Source of the DNA: Spirochaetota bacterium
GTDB taxonomy: Bacteria > Spirochaetota > Spirochaetia > JABEVK01
Direction: 5' to 3'
Assembly (NCBI GenBank): GCA_020049045.1
Contig: JAIFLN010000005.1
Span: 10,417 to 74,416, forward strand
DNA: 64,000 nucleotides
Shown here in pieces: positions 30,031 to 39,445 of the stretch. Position numbers and translations under genes: made by a program. How positions within the stretch are numbered: the first letter of the stretch is position 1; every line of letters begins with the position of its first letter. The notes beneath the pieces are model-generated. The model was not told where the DNA came from, made no database searches, and was given only the letters and a program-made list of their open reading frames with translations.

Positions 30031-31466
30031 GGGAGATTCTCCTTCAACGTCTTCATCAATGCCTCGTATTTGTCAGAAAGAGCGCGGGCTTTTATGGGTG
30101 CTTGGCCATGATAGAGCTCGGGGTGAGAAAAGAAGGTCTCAGCCTCCCAACCAGTTCGTTCTTTCAGCTCGTTCACCAGTTTTTCCCAAATTGCAGGACG
30201 AGCCTTCAATGCCTGGATCAAGGGGATCTTTTCCCGGTCGCACTCCAAGGTCAAGACTCGAACCACTTCATGACCTTCAGGCTCTCCCGCAAGTGACAAC
30301 AAAATATACACGCTTTCAGCCAAAACGAGATCACCGGCCCCTTCTCTTAGGTTCCTATCCAGTCGATTCTTGTCCACCGACAGAGTCGAGACGACTTTCA
30401 GCATACGGGCTGCAGCCGCCGCAAAACCAGCCAGATAGTCTGTGACAAACCGTCCCGATGCCGAATTGGTCAAATCTCTCTGATGCTCGCTGATCTGATC
30501 CATAAAGAAAGTCATGACCCGAGGAGCAAAAGCCTTCCAAAGGCTTTTCACATGCTCACTGTTCCAAGGATTGCGCTTCTGAGGCATGGTGGAAGAACCG
30601 ACCTGGGTTGCAGTGAACAACTCTCGGAACTCTCCAATCTCAGACCGCTGCAAATTTCTCAAGTCGTCTGCCAGGTTGGCGATGATTCCAAAGGCGACAT
30701 TCAGCTCAAGAAGCAGACGCAGCAGATACTCAGGTTCGACAAGCTGGGTGGAATGCTCAGAAGGTTGCAGACCGAGGTATGCCAGCACCTTCTGCTCAAG
30801 TGCCTGCGGATCGGTAGTCATGACACTCGTAGCATTATAGGCCCCTACGGCACCGGCAAATTTGCCTTTCAGACCGTCAGCCAATCGATGTATTTCAAGG
30901 ATGGATTTACCCAAGCGGCTGACATATTCGGCAAGGGCAAAACCGACGGTCACTGGAACGGCATATTGGCCATGGGTTCGACCGATCTGCGGAGTCTCAG
31001 CTTCTTGCCTTGCCAATTTGATGAGAGCTAATTCCAAATCAGCAAGAAGCGGCAATAAAACCATCTTCACCGCATCACGGGTTTTCAAAGCATTGGCGGT
31101 ATCGAGCATGTCAACGGAGGTTGCACCCAAGTGGACGTAAGGAACCAATGCCTCAGGGAGGTGGCGTTTAATGACGTTTACAAGCGCCCGGATGTTGTGC
31201 TGTGTCTTCTCTTCCTCGATATAGACTTCATCTGGAAGAACCGAGGTTTCCAGCTGATCGAGGGCTGATAATAAGTTCGGTCGATCGGAAGGTTCAAAGT
31301 GTAAATCGAGGTGAGCTTTCAGCAGGGCAACTTCGCAACGGACGGCGTACCGAACAGAAGCTTCTTCACTAAGACAAGCTCCCAGCCTGTCGAACAGGTC
31401 TCGATTCGACAGATAATACCGATGATCGAGGGGTGAAAGATTGAGAAAAAGGCTTCTTTGTTCCAT
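30027..31466 (-). CDS. purB: Adenylosuccinate lyase
   Basis: N-terminus LSPLDHRY and fumarate-lyase family length. The track start is a TTG, so an ATG at 31466 (MEQRSL) is preferred. Confidence 0.85.
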   Translation of the reverse strand: MEQRSLFLNLSPLDHRYYLSNRDLFDRLGACLSEEASVRYAVRCEVALLKAHLDLHFEPSDRPNLLSALDQLETSVLPDEVYIEEEKTQHNIRALVNVIKRHLPEALVPYVHLGATSVDMLDTANALKTRDAVKMVLLPLLADLELALIKLARQEAETPQIGRTHGQYAVPVTVGFALAEYVSRLGKSILEIHRLADGLKGKFAGAVGAYNATSVMTTDPQALEQKVLAYLGLQPSEHSTQLVEPEYLLRLLLELNVAFGIIANLADDLRNLQRSEIGEFRELFTATQVGSSTMPQKRNPWNSEHVKSLWKAFAPRVMTFFMDQISEHQRDLTNSASGRFVTDYLAGFAAAAARMLKVVSTLSVDKNRLDRNLREGAGDLVLAESVYILLSLAGEPEGHEVVRVLTLECDREKIPLIQALKARPAIWEKLVNELKERTGWEAETFFSHPELYHGQAPIKARALSDKYEALMKTLKENLP

Positions 31467-31523
31467 GCGGCAGTATGGCAAGACCCCTGTCTTTTGTCAA
31501 ACCTTTGGGATAGACTCTTCGCC

Positions 31524-32126
31524 ATGTTTTCGATCCGTAAATGCACAGAAGTTGGGTGCCGTAGAAACGCTGTTGAATTGTCTGAAACCTGTTTTGGACA
31601 TCTTCCCGACCGGACTGCCTACTTGAAAGAACTCAGAGCTTTTTTTTCACGACAAAGGGAATTCTCCGGACTCTCCCTGGCTCGGACGATTTGGGAACAA
31701 GAGGATTTGAGAGGTCGATCCTTCGAAGGTTGCAACTTTATGGGCGCTCGATGGAATGATCTGCTTCTTGATGGCTGCAGTTTTCGGCATTGTTTCTTTG
31801 ACTTCAGCAGTTACAAACGATGCTCGCTCACCAAGACCTCGTTTCTTTTCTGCAGTATTTCAGGCATCAGAATGGAAGACTGTAATTGGAGCGGTTCGGA
31901 TCTGTTGCATGTTAATTTCAATGCCTTGGAAGCAAAGCGGACACAATTTTCCGAGTCTGATCTCTACTTCACCAGGTTCATCGGTTCCAAGCTTGACCAT
32001 GTGGATTTCGTCGATTGTAACTTGAAAAAAACTCAGTTTACGGGAGCCTGGCTGAACGAGGTGAATTTCCGGTATTCCAACTACGAGGAAGCTGAGTTCG
32101 ACACAGCGCTTGAGGCTCCCACATGA
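31524..32126 (+). CDS. Pentapeptide-repeat protein
   Basis: Runs of A(D/N)LxG/F-type pentads (e.g. CNFMGARWNDLLLDGCSFRHCFFDFSSYKRCSLTKTSF). Confidence 0.6.
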   Translation: MFSIRKCTEVGCRRNAVELSETCFGHLPDRTAYLKELRAFFSRQREFSGLSLARTIWEQEDLRGRSFEGCNFMGARWNDLLLDGCSFRHCFFDFSSYKRCSLTKTSFLFCSISGIRMEDCNWSGSDLLHVNFNALEAKRTQFSESDLYFTRFIGSKLDHVDFVDCNLKKTQFTGAWLNEVNFRYSNYEEAEFDTALEAPT

Positions 32127-32746
32127 AGTTAGTTTTCCACTACTCCGTTGAAAATTTCTCCAATACTTATGTCGTCGGTCCAGAAGATGGCGGTGATGCC
32201 ATTCTAATCGACCCGGGAGTCTTGGATGTCCGTTTATTAGAAGCCATAGAATCGAACGGCTTCACAATCCGTTGGGTTTTGATCACCCGATGCCAGCCCG
32301 ACCATGTCAGAGGACTGAGAACACTCAAAAAGGTTTATGACGCAGAGATTTTCAGCCGCCAACCAACAGTACTCGAATTTGATTGTCAACTTGTCAAACC
32401 TGGTACGCAGTTGCAGCTCGGTCCTTTCAAAATAGACTGTTTATGCTATCCCGAGTTCAGTCATGACTCGGTGATCTACAAATTTGAAAATTGGGTATTT
32501 TGTGGAGATTTGATTTCGGCAGGAAAACCAGGCAAAATTACCAGCCCCTATGCACAGGCAAATCTGGCCCAAGCCCTGGAACGGAGATTCTTCACCTGGC
32601 AAGATGATTTACTGGTGTTTCCCGGTGAAGGTCCCCCGACCACACTTCGCAGCGAGAAGCTTTTTAATCTTGCTCGACGCTCAGCGGGGTTGGAAATCCA
32701 AGATCGCTCAGGACCTTCTGGAAGTCGGGTGGCAGAGGAGCCCTAA
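32123..32746 (+). CDS. MBL-fold protein with a degenerate metal-binding motif
   Basis: Beta-lactamase-fold layout, but the HxHxDH motif is replaced by RCQPDH. It overlaps the pentapeptide gene by 4 nt. Confidence 0.5.
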   Translation: MKLVFHYSVENFSNTYVVGPEDGGDAILIDPGVLDVRLLEAIESNGFTIRWVLITRCQPDHVRGLRTLKKVYDAEIFSRQPTVLEFDCQLVKPGTQLQLGPFKIDCLCYPEFSHDSVIYKFENWVFCGDLISAGKPGKITSPYAQANLAQALERRFFTWQDDLLVFPGEGPPTTLRSEKLFNLARRSAGLEIQDRSGPSGSRVAEEP

Positions 32747-33638
32747 GGTCGATTCGCCCTTTACCCCCCGGCAGCTCGATCAGCAACTGAGCAGCATGGA
32801 GCATTAGCGGAGCATTGGGGCACTTGGGATCAATCCTGGCATAGATAGGGTCCCCAAGGATGGGGGTTCCTAGAACAAGACTGTGAACCCTGAGCTGGTG
32901 AGTGCGACCTGTGTGAGGTCGAAATTGGACCATCGTATAACCTGGAACACGAGCAATAACCGACCACGCTGTGACGGCTGGTTTTCCCTGTGATGCCCCA
33001 ACCGCAGCGAAACGTTGCCGGTTTTTTGGATCCCGCCCCAACCAGCCCTCGATGGTTCCTGAAGCAACCTTCAGAGTTCCCTTCAAGACAGCGTAGTAAG
33101 TTTTCACAGTTGACCTGGCTCGAAACTGCGCTGCAAGAAATTCGAGGGCCTCCGGTGTTTTAGCGGTAATCAGGACACCACTGGTATCTTTGTCAAGGCG
33201 ATGGACAATACCGGGTCGAATTTCGGAACCATCCTCTTCCTCAAAATTATCCGCCAGTTCTTTGACACGAAACAGCAAAGCTTGAACCAGTGTTCCCGAC
33301 CAGTTACCATGAGCTGGATGGACGACCATGCCTCTGGGTTTATTGACAACGACAACAGCCTCGTCCTCGTAGAGAATGTCCAAAGGAATGTCCTCGGCTT
33401 CAAAACGGTTCTCAGGAAGGTCCTCCCACAAAACAGAAAGGGATTCCCCCCCCTCCAACTTTAGGGAAGGTTTCAGTACCTTCCCGTCCATTAGTACTTC
33501 CACGTTTCGCCGATCATATTGGCTTCGAGGAAAAAGCCCCAAGGTATCAGAAACATATTTGTCCAACCGGCATGGCAGTTCCAATAGGGGAACTTCATGT
33601 TGGATTTGGTGTTGTGCCATCATTGCCCCAGAAACCAA
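32664..33638 (-). CDS. RluA-family pseudouridine synthase (RluD-like)
   Basis: Catalytic motif HRLDKDTSGVLI, an N-terminal S4-like region and a partial PGRxHQIRVH-like match (PHTGRTHQLRVH). Confidence 0.8.
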   Translation of the reverse strand: MVSGAMMAQHQIQHEVPLLELPCRLDKYVSDTLGLFPRSQYDRRNVEVLMDGKVLKPSLKLEGGESLSVLWEDLPENRFEAEDIPLDILYEDEAVVVVNKPRGMVVHPAHGNWSGTLVQALLFRVKELADNFEEEDGSEIRPGIVHRLDKDTSGVLITAKTPEALEFLAAQFRARSTVKTYYAVLKGTLKVASGTIEGWLGRDPKNRQRFAAVGASQGKPAVTAWSVIARVPGYTMVQFRPHTGRTHQLRVHSLVLGTPILGDPIYARIDPKCPNAPLMLHAAQLLIELPGGKGRIDLRAPLPPDFQKVLSDLGFPTPLSVEQD

Positions 33639-34027
33639 TCAACACCAGCCAGAATCAGCCCTGAAGCCAGACTGATGCTTACAAGGGTAAGGTTTTTTTG
33701 TTGCAGAAGGTCGGACTGACTGTTGGCAACCCAAGAGGAAGTGCCACGTCCAAGCGGCCATGGAACATTTTTTTGTGGAAGTCCATTGCTAAAGTAATAA
33801 AAATAATCATAGCCCAAACCAGCAAAAAGATATGCGAGAGGAAAAGTCCCCACTGCGAGGATTTCGGCACGTCGGAGTTGAAGCATCCAAGGCTCAAACT
33901 CTTTATCAGAATAAGGTTTTGCGATGGCTGGAGTGGATGGTGTTGAGGTGTTGGATGCGACTGTCTGCGGCATTGCCGGAGTTATGTAGAAAAGGCACCC
34001 TAGTACAAAGATCAAAGCTTTCTTCAC
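33620..34027 (-). CDS. Hypothetical secreted or membrane protein (135 aa)
   Basis: N-terminal signal peptide [15 protein letters not shown] and a C-terminal hydrophobic segment. Confidence 0.45.
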   Translation of the reverse strand: MKKALIFVLGCLFYITPAMPQTVASNTSTPSTPAIAKPYSDKEFEPWMLQLRRAEILAVGTFPLAYLFAGLGYDYFYYFSNGLPQKNVPWPLGRGTSSWVANSQSDLLQQKNLTLVSISLASGLILAGVDWFLGQ

Positions 34028-34719
34028 CGGAACCCCTCGAAGAGTGCTGTCCCGATGCGCACGAGAGTACTACCTTCTTCAATGGCCCACTCAAAATCGT
34101 TGGTCATACCCATCGAAAGTGTTGACCAAGATTGCTCGGGAAAACTGGCTGCCAGTTTATCCCGCCAGTTCCTGAGCAAACTAAAACACGGCCTAACCAC
34201 CATTTCTTGAGGGGAGTAAGGTGCCATTGTCATTAGGCCTCTCAGCTTCAGGTGAGGCAATGCAGCAACAGCTTCCGCCATACGTAGGAGAGAATCCAGA
34301 TCCCTCAGGCCATCTTTAGCCGTTTCTCCCCCTGTATTGACTTCCAGAAGTACATTCAAAGTCCTCCCTACCTTCGCAAATTGTTTTTCTAAGGCTAAGG
34401 CGGTGTCCTGCTTATCCAACGAATGAAGCCAAGAAAACCCAAGACTATGCCTGGCTTTGTTGGACTGCAGATGGCCTATCATGTGCCACTGGATATCAGA
34501 GGGTAACACCTGCTGTTTTTCAACAGCCTCTGAAACACGGTTTTCACCGAAAGACCGCAAACCCAACCCGTAAATATCTTCCAGGTCCGAGAATGCTCTG
34601 GTTTTGGTGACAGCTAATAGCTGAACAGAATCGGCCGACCGACTAGCCCGCGAGCAGGCATCTGCCATCCGAGACTGAACCAATTGCAACCGTTCTTTGG
34701 CCATCTCGACGTTTTGCAT
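34024..34719 (-). CDS. YggS-family PLP-binding protein (PLP homeostasis)
   Basis: LLAVTKT (PLP lysine), FGENRVQE-like and HxIGxLQSNK motifs. An ATG at 34719 ([11 protein letters not shown]) is preferred over the TTG track start. Confidence 0.8.
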   Translation of the reverse strand: MQNVEMAKERLQLVQSRMADACSRASRSADSVQLLAVTKTRAFSDLEDIYGLGLRSFGENRVSEAVEKQQVLPSDIQWHMIGHLQSNKARHSLGFSWLHSLDKQDTALALEKQFAKVGRTLNVLLEVNTGGETAKDGLRDLDSLLRMAEAVAALPHLKLRGLMTMAPYSPQEMVVRPCFSLLRNWRDKLAASFPEQSWSTLSMGMTNDFEWAIEEGSTLVRIGTALFEGFR

Positions 34720-34741
34720 GGTAAAAGTGTATCTGTTGGGC

Positions 34742-34770
34742 AAAAAAAAATCACCTCCTTGAAGAGGTGA
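34742..34770 (-). terminator. Rho-independent terminator downstream of groES
   Basis: TCACCTC / GAGGTGA hairpin followed, on the minus strand, by a U9 run (A9 on the plus strand). Confidence 0.7.
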
Positions 34771-34789
34771 CCTTTCTTTACCGGTTTGG

Positions 34790-35056
34790 TTATTCGATGA
34801 CAGCCAAAATGTCAGCCATTTTCACGATCAAGTGCTCATCAGAGCCAACCTTGACCTTGGTGCCGGCGTACTGATCGTACATGACTTTGTCTCCGACCTT
34901 GACGGTAATGACGTCCTTATCGGTACCTACGGCAACGACGGAGCCCTTCTGGGTTTTCTCCTGGGCGTTGTCCGGGATGAAAAGCCCGGAAGCGGTTTTC
35001 TTTTCAGCTTCTTCTACCTTGATCAGGACACGGTCGCCAAGAGGCTTTAATGTCAT
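34790..35056 (-). CDS. groS: Co-chaperonin GroES
   Basis: The internal Met [13 protein letters not shown]...VAVG is GroES. A GGAGGG ribosome-binding site precedes it. No groEL follows. Confidence 0.9.
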   Translation of the reverse strand: MTLKPLGDRVLIKVEEAEKKTASGLFIPDNAQEKTQKGSVVAVGTDKDVITVKVGDKVMYDQYAGTKVKVGSDEHLIVKMADILAVIE

Positions 35057-35095
35057 GGAATTCCCTCCTTTATGGATATTGTGATTGTTACAAAC

Positions 35096-35124
35096 GAATA
35101 TACCTAAACACAAAGGCACGGTCA
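35096..35124 (-). promoter_or_regulatory. Sigma-70-like groES promoter
   Basis: On the minus strand: TTGACC, a 17-nt spacer, then TATATT, about 45 nt upstream of the groES ATG. No CIRCE inverted repeat was seen. Confidence 0.5.
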
Positions 35125-35388
35125 AGGAACTGCTGCTGGGTATTTTTAACTCATTTTATCAGGATTTAGGAGTTCTCTGGAAATTTTGACTCTGTTTTGA
35201 CTCAGGAATCATGGTTTGGGTCATAATGAACCATATTAAATTGTGCACAACTCAATTAGTGAAAATTAAAATCTCACGTGCTACTCTATATTTCATTATT
35301 ATGAAAGAAGTTACGCGATATTTTTGATTACTAAGGCCATTTGGCACGGAAATTGATTGTTAGTTTGTGCACTGAGGAGAGGAACACT

Positions 35389-36258
35389 ATGAAAAAGAAG
35401 ACCATGCAGACTGTACCGTACGATGGAGAAAATTCCCTGTCGATGTACCTGAAGGAAATCAACAAGGTCGCTCTCCTGACCCGCGCAGAAGAAGAAAAGT
35501 ACGCCCGGCTCGCAGCACAGGGAAATCAGTTGGCCAAAGATAGGCTCGTGGCAGCCAATTTACGCTTTGTCGTTAATGTTGCGAAAAAGTACCAGAACCA
35601 GGGTCTCGGCTTGGATGACCTGATCAGCGAAGGCAACATCGGTCTGATTAATGCCATCGAGCGCTTCGACGTCGAAAAGGGTTACCATTTTATCAGTTAT
35701 GCCGTTTGGTGGATTCGACAGTCCATTCTTAAGGCCATCTGTGAAAAGAGCCGGACTATCCGACTCCCTCTCAACAGGGCCAATGAATTGGTTCAGATTG
35801 AAAAGATGCGTAAAGAGATGTTCTCAGAACAGGGAATGGAACCGGCTGACCGCGAATTGGCTAGACGCTTGGGAATGGATGAAGGTCAAGTCCGAGACCT
35901 TCTCGACATCAGCCGTGAAATGATCAGCCTGGAAACTCCCGTATACACTGACAGAGACACTTCTGTTCTGAGTGATTTTCTGGAGGACGCCAATCACCCT
36001 TCCCCGGAAGCTCAGACGCTTCACGGAAGCCTTAAGGCCGATTTGAACAACGCCCTCGAAACCTTGAGTGAGAAAGAGTCTAAGATTTTGGAACTGCGCT
36101 TTGGTCTGAACGATAAACAGCCGCTCAGCTTGAAAGAGATCGGTGAGAAATTCAACTTGACCAAGGAACGAATTCGTCAGATTGAAAAGAAGGCACTTCA
36201 AAAACTTCAGGCCCCATCGGAAGACAAAGAACTGGAAGCCTACCTCGTGGCTGTGTAA
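35389..36258 (+). CDS. Sigma-70 family RNA polymerase sigma factor (group 2, RpoS/RpoD-like; 289 aa)
   Basis: Regions 2-4 are present (YAVWWIRQSI, and a helix-turn-helix near LKEIGEKFNLTKERIRQIEKKAL). A GAGGAG ribosome-binding site precedes the ATG. Confidence 0.8.
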   Translation: MKKKTMQTVPYDGENSLSMYLKEINKVALLTRAEEEKYARLAAQGNQLAKDRLVAANLRFVVNVAKKYQNQGLGLDDLISEGNIGLINAIERFDVEKGYHFISYAVWWIRQSILKAICEKSRTIRLPLNRANELVQIEKMRKEMFSEQGMEPADRELARRLGMDEGQVRDLLDISREMISLETPVYTDRDTSVLSDFLEDANHPSPEAQTLHGSLKADLNNALETLSEKESKILELRFGLNDKQPLSLKEIGEKFNLTKERIRQIEKKALQKLQAPSEDKELEAYLVAV

Positions 36259-36273
36259 TCCAAATCAAGTCTC

Positions 36274-36306
36274 AAAAAAAAACCGGCTTCACAGCCGGTT
36301 TTTTTT
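36274..36306. terminator. Bidirectional rho-independent terminator
   Basis: A-run, AACCGGCT / AGCCGGTT hairpin, then T-run, between the convergent sigma factor gene and glgP. Confidence 0.75.
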
Positions 36307-36308
36307 CC

Positions 36309-38759
36309 CTACTTCCAGGAGATGGGTTTGATGTTCCAAATCTCTTTGGCATATTCCCCAATGGTACGGTCAGAACTGAACTTGGCGCTCGCAGCGATGT
36401 TTAGAAGCGCCATACGGTGCCATTTCTTCTGATCACGGTAAGCCTCATCAATTTTCGCCTGGGCAGCAATGTACTCAGGCATATCTTTGAGAACAAAGTA
36501 TTGGTCTGGAGCGTTACCTTCGACACCGTACATCAGGGAGTCATAAAGTTCCTTGAACAAGTCAAAACTCTCAACATTGTACGTTCCGTCAATCAGCTGA
36601 TTCATCGCTTTCTTGATTTCAGGATGCTCTTCAAGAATCGCTTGTGGATTGTAGGCTTGGCTCTGTGTCAGCCTTGCCACTTGGTCAGCTTTCAGTCCAA
36701 AAATGAAACAGTTTTGTTCTCCGGCTTCCTCGGCGATTTCGACATTGGCACCATCCAGAGTACCCACTGTCAAAGCCCCGTTCATCATGAACTTCATATT
36801 TCCAGTTCCCGACGCTTCTTTACCAGCTGTCGAAATCTGTTCGGAAACATCGGAGGCGGGAAAGATTTTCTCTGCCAGAGATACGCGATAATTCTCAAGG
36901 AAGTAAACAGCCAGCTTTCCTTTGGTTCTTGGATCGTTGTTGATAACTTTGGCAACGGTATTGATGAGCTTGATGATATTTTTCGCTCTACGGTAACCTG
37001 AAGCGGCTTTGGCTCCAAAGAGGAAAGTCCGGGGGACACCTTGATAGGTCGGATCGTCTTTTATTTTGTTGTAAAGGTACATCACATGCAGAATGTTCAG
37101 CATCTGACGCTTGTACTCATGGAGACGTTTGACCTGAACATCGAAAAGACTGTCGACATTCAAAGTGATATCTTGAGTCGCCTTAAGGTAGGTGGCCAAA
37201 GCTACTTTATTGGCCTTTTTAATATCAATCAGCCTCTGTATGACAGCAGGATCATCTGCAAACGCCTTGAACTTGGTGACCTGTGACAGATCTTTAGCCC
37301 AACCTTTTCCGATTTTTTCATTAAGAAGTTGACTGAGACCGTGATTAGCCTTTAGCAGGAACCGACGTTGGGTCACCCCATTTGTCTTGTTATTAAACTT
37401 TTCAGGATAAAGCTCGTACCAGTCCTTGAGTTCCTGATTCTTAAGAATTTCCGTATGGAGGGCTGCTACTCCGTTGACCGAATGGCTGCCATGAATAGCA
37501 AGCCAAGCCATCTTTACCACTCCATCGCTCAAGATGGCCATATGGCGGTGCTTACCATAATCGTTGGGATACTTTAACCGCAATTCTTCGACAAAACGAC
37601 GGTTGATTTCCTCGACTATCATCGTGAGCCTAGGAAGCTGCTGTTGGAAAAGACCGATAGGCCACTTCTCCAGTGCCTCACTGAGAATGGTATGGTTGGT
37701 ATATCCACAAGTACGGGTAACGATGCTCCAAGCGACATCCCAAGGCAACTTTTGCCAGTCGATCAAAATTCGCATCAGCTCGGGAATGGCAACGACCGGG
37801 TGCGTATCATTGAGCTGCAGCGCAACTTTGTCGGGAAACTTGCTGAAGTCATCACCGTATTTCTTCTTGTAGTTTCCCACCAAATCCTGGAGGGAAGCCG
37901 AAACAAAGAAATATTGCTGTCTGAGGCGGAGCGCTTTTCCCTGGGGACCATTGTCATTTGGATAGAGCACACGACTAATGTCTTCGGCAGAGTTGGCCTT
38001 TTCCACAGCTCGCTGGTACTGCATGTCATTGAACAACTGCAGATCAAAACCTGACACCGATTCAGCTTCCCAAAGCCTTAAGGTATTCACCGTCTTGGTG
38101 TCATAACCGACAATAGGTGTGTCATAGGGAATCGCTTTGATGTCCTCGGAATTAACTCGGATGTAGTGTTCCTTGCCTTCGGCATCCTGATGAATGATCA
38201 CCTGGCCGCCAAACTTGACAACTACAGACTGGTCAGCACGCCGTATTCCCCAAGGGTCACGCTCATTGAGCCATGTTTCTGGTTTTTCGATCTGGTACCC
38301 GTCGACAATTTTCTGCTGAAACATGCCGTATCGATACCGGATACCATAGCCGTGGCCAGGAAGGTCCATGGTGGCCAGAGAGTCTAAAAAACACGCTGCA
38401 AGACGGCCTAGACCTCCATTGCCCAGTCCGGCATCGGACTCCCGGTCCTCGACGAGGTTGTAGTCGACTCCCAATTCTGCCAAGACGTCCTTGATGTCGT
38501 CCTCGGCGGTCAAATTGACCAAATTGTTACTTAAAGCCCGACCCATCAAAAATTCGGCGGATAGATAAAATGCCTGCTTGTTGCCCTGGTCGAACGTGGC
38601 CTTCCTGGTATCAAGCCAGTTGTCCAGAATCGGTTCCATCACCGTGTCAGACACACAAGAATAAATTTCCTGTGGACTGGCCTCTTCCAACTGTTTGCCA
38701 TAATGGCGTTTCAGTCTGCCCAGTACACCTTCTTTGAATTTGACTTTATCAATTTTCAT
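36309..38759 (-). CDS. glgP: Glycogen/alpha-glucan phosphorylase
   Basis: PLP-lysine region EASGTGNMKFMMNGALTVGTLDGANVEI. 816 aa. Confidence 0.9.
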   Translation of the reverse strand: MKIDKVKFKEGVLGRLKRHYGKQLEEASPQEIYSCVSDTVMEPILDNWLDTRKATFDQGNKQAFYLSAEFLMGRALSNNLVNLTAEDDIKDVLAELGVDYNLVEDRESDAGLGNGGLGRLAACFLDSLATMDLPGHGYGIRYRYGMFQQKIVDGYQIEKPETWLNERDPWGIRRADQSVVVKFGGQVIIHQDAEGKEHYIRVNSEDIKAIPYDTPIVGYDTKTVNTLRLWEAESVSGFDLQLFNDMQYQRAVEKANSAEDISRVLYPNDNGPQGKALRLRQQYFFVSASLQDLVGNYKKKYGDDFSKFPDKVALQLNDTHPVVAIPELMRILIDWQKLPWDVAWSIVTRTCGYTNHTILSEALEKWPIGLFQQQLPRLTMIVEEINRRFVEELRLKYPNDYGKHRHMAILSDGVVKMAWLAIHGSHSVNGVAALHTEILKNQELKDWYELYPEKFNNKTNGVTQRRFLLKANHGLSQLLNEKIGKGWAKDLSQVTKFKAFADDPAVIQRLIDIKKANKVALATYLKATQDITLNVDSLFDVQVKRLHEYKRQMLNILHVMYLYNKIKDDPTYQGVPRTFLFGAKAASGYRRAKNIIKLINTVAKVINNDPRTKGKLAVYFLENYRVSLAEKIFPASDVSEQISTAGKEASGTGNMKFMMNGALTVGTLDGANVEIAEEAGEQNCFIFGLKADQVARLTQSQAYNPQAILEEHPEIKKAMNQLIDGTYNVESFDLFKELYDSLMYGVEGNAPDQYFVLKDMPEYIAAQAKIDEAYRDQKKWHRMALLNIAASAKFSSDRTIGEYAKEIWNIKPISWK

Positions 38760-38821
38760 AAGGGACTCCTTGCCACCACGTTGTGTGGCACGCGAAAAAG
38801 TCTAATGTCAAGCGTTGCAGA

Positions 38822-39445
38822 TTACAAGCGTCCCAAGAGTTTTCCAGTTTGAGCATCCCATCGACATAAGCTTCCATCATACGAGCACGAAAGGAGATAC
38901 TGCCCGTCCCCAACCCAAGCAGCACCTGTCACTGCAGACTCGTGGGCTGACCAAGAACGGAGGATTGCTCCAGTAGACAGCGACCCGATGGTAATCTGTC
39001 CATCCGAGTTGCCAGAAGCCCAATAATCTTTTGCGGCAATCCTGACCTCAGAGGAAAGCGGCGATGCTGTCAACCAGCGCTTTCTCATATTTGTGAGACT
39101 CTCCCAGGAACCAGGAACAATGGAGGCAGTTTTGACGGTTTTTTGATCAAGATCAATCAGAATAAAGTGGCCACCAAGTGACACCGCTGCCAGCAGCTTT
39201 CCCTCAGAATCAAAAGCAACACCGACAATAGGACCAACATTCGTTAGCGACCAGGAGGCGAGAATTTCACCAGTGGCGACATCAAGCCACAGGATTTGCC
39301 CCTCCTTTCCCCCTGTTGCAAAAGTTCGGCCGTCTTGAGAAAGTTCGAGAGCCGTGAACCCTTGCCAAGGAAAGGCAAAAACAGGTCCTACCACAGAAAG
39401 CAGGACCAACAAAACAAACGTTTTCACACTTTGATACCAAGCCAT
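38822..39445 (-). CDS. WD40 / beta-propeller repeat protein with an N-terminal signal peptide
   Basis: Repeats ending ...LWLDVATGE, ...CRWDAQTGK and the like. An internal Met gives the signal peptide MAWYQSVKTFVLLVLL. Confidence 0.55.
   Translation of the reverse strand: MAWYQSVKTFVLLVLLSVVGPVFAFPWQGFTALELSQDGRTFATGGKEGQILWLDVATGEILASWSLTNVGPIVGVAFDSEGKLLAAVSLGGHFILIDLDQKTVKTASIVPGSWESLTNMRKRWLTASPLSSEVRIAAKDYWASGNSDGQITIGSLSTGAILRSWSAHESAVTGAAWVGDGQYLLSCSYDGSLCRWDAQTGKLLGRL

Noticed and set aside
31458-31523. Longer 222-aa version of the pentapeptide-repeat ORF
   Set aside because: It would overlap the purB N-terminus by 24 nt on the opposite strand. The internal ATG at 31524 is preferred.
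35126-35388. Possible CIRCE/HrcA operator upstream of groES
   Set aside because: No TTAGCACTC-N9-GAGTGCTAA inverted repeat found. Only unrelated GTGCAC-containing motifs.
36417-37001. 194-aa plus-strand ORF
   Set aside because: Antisense to glgP.
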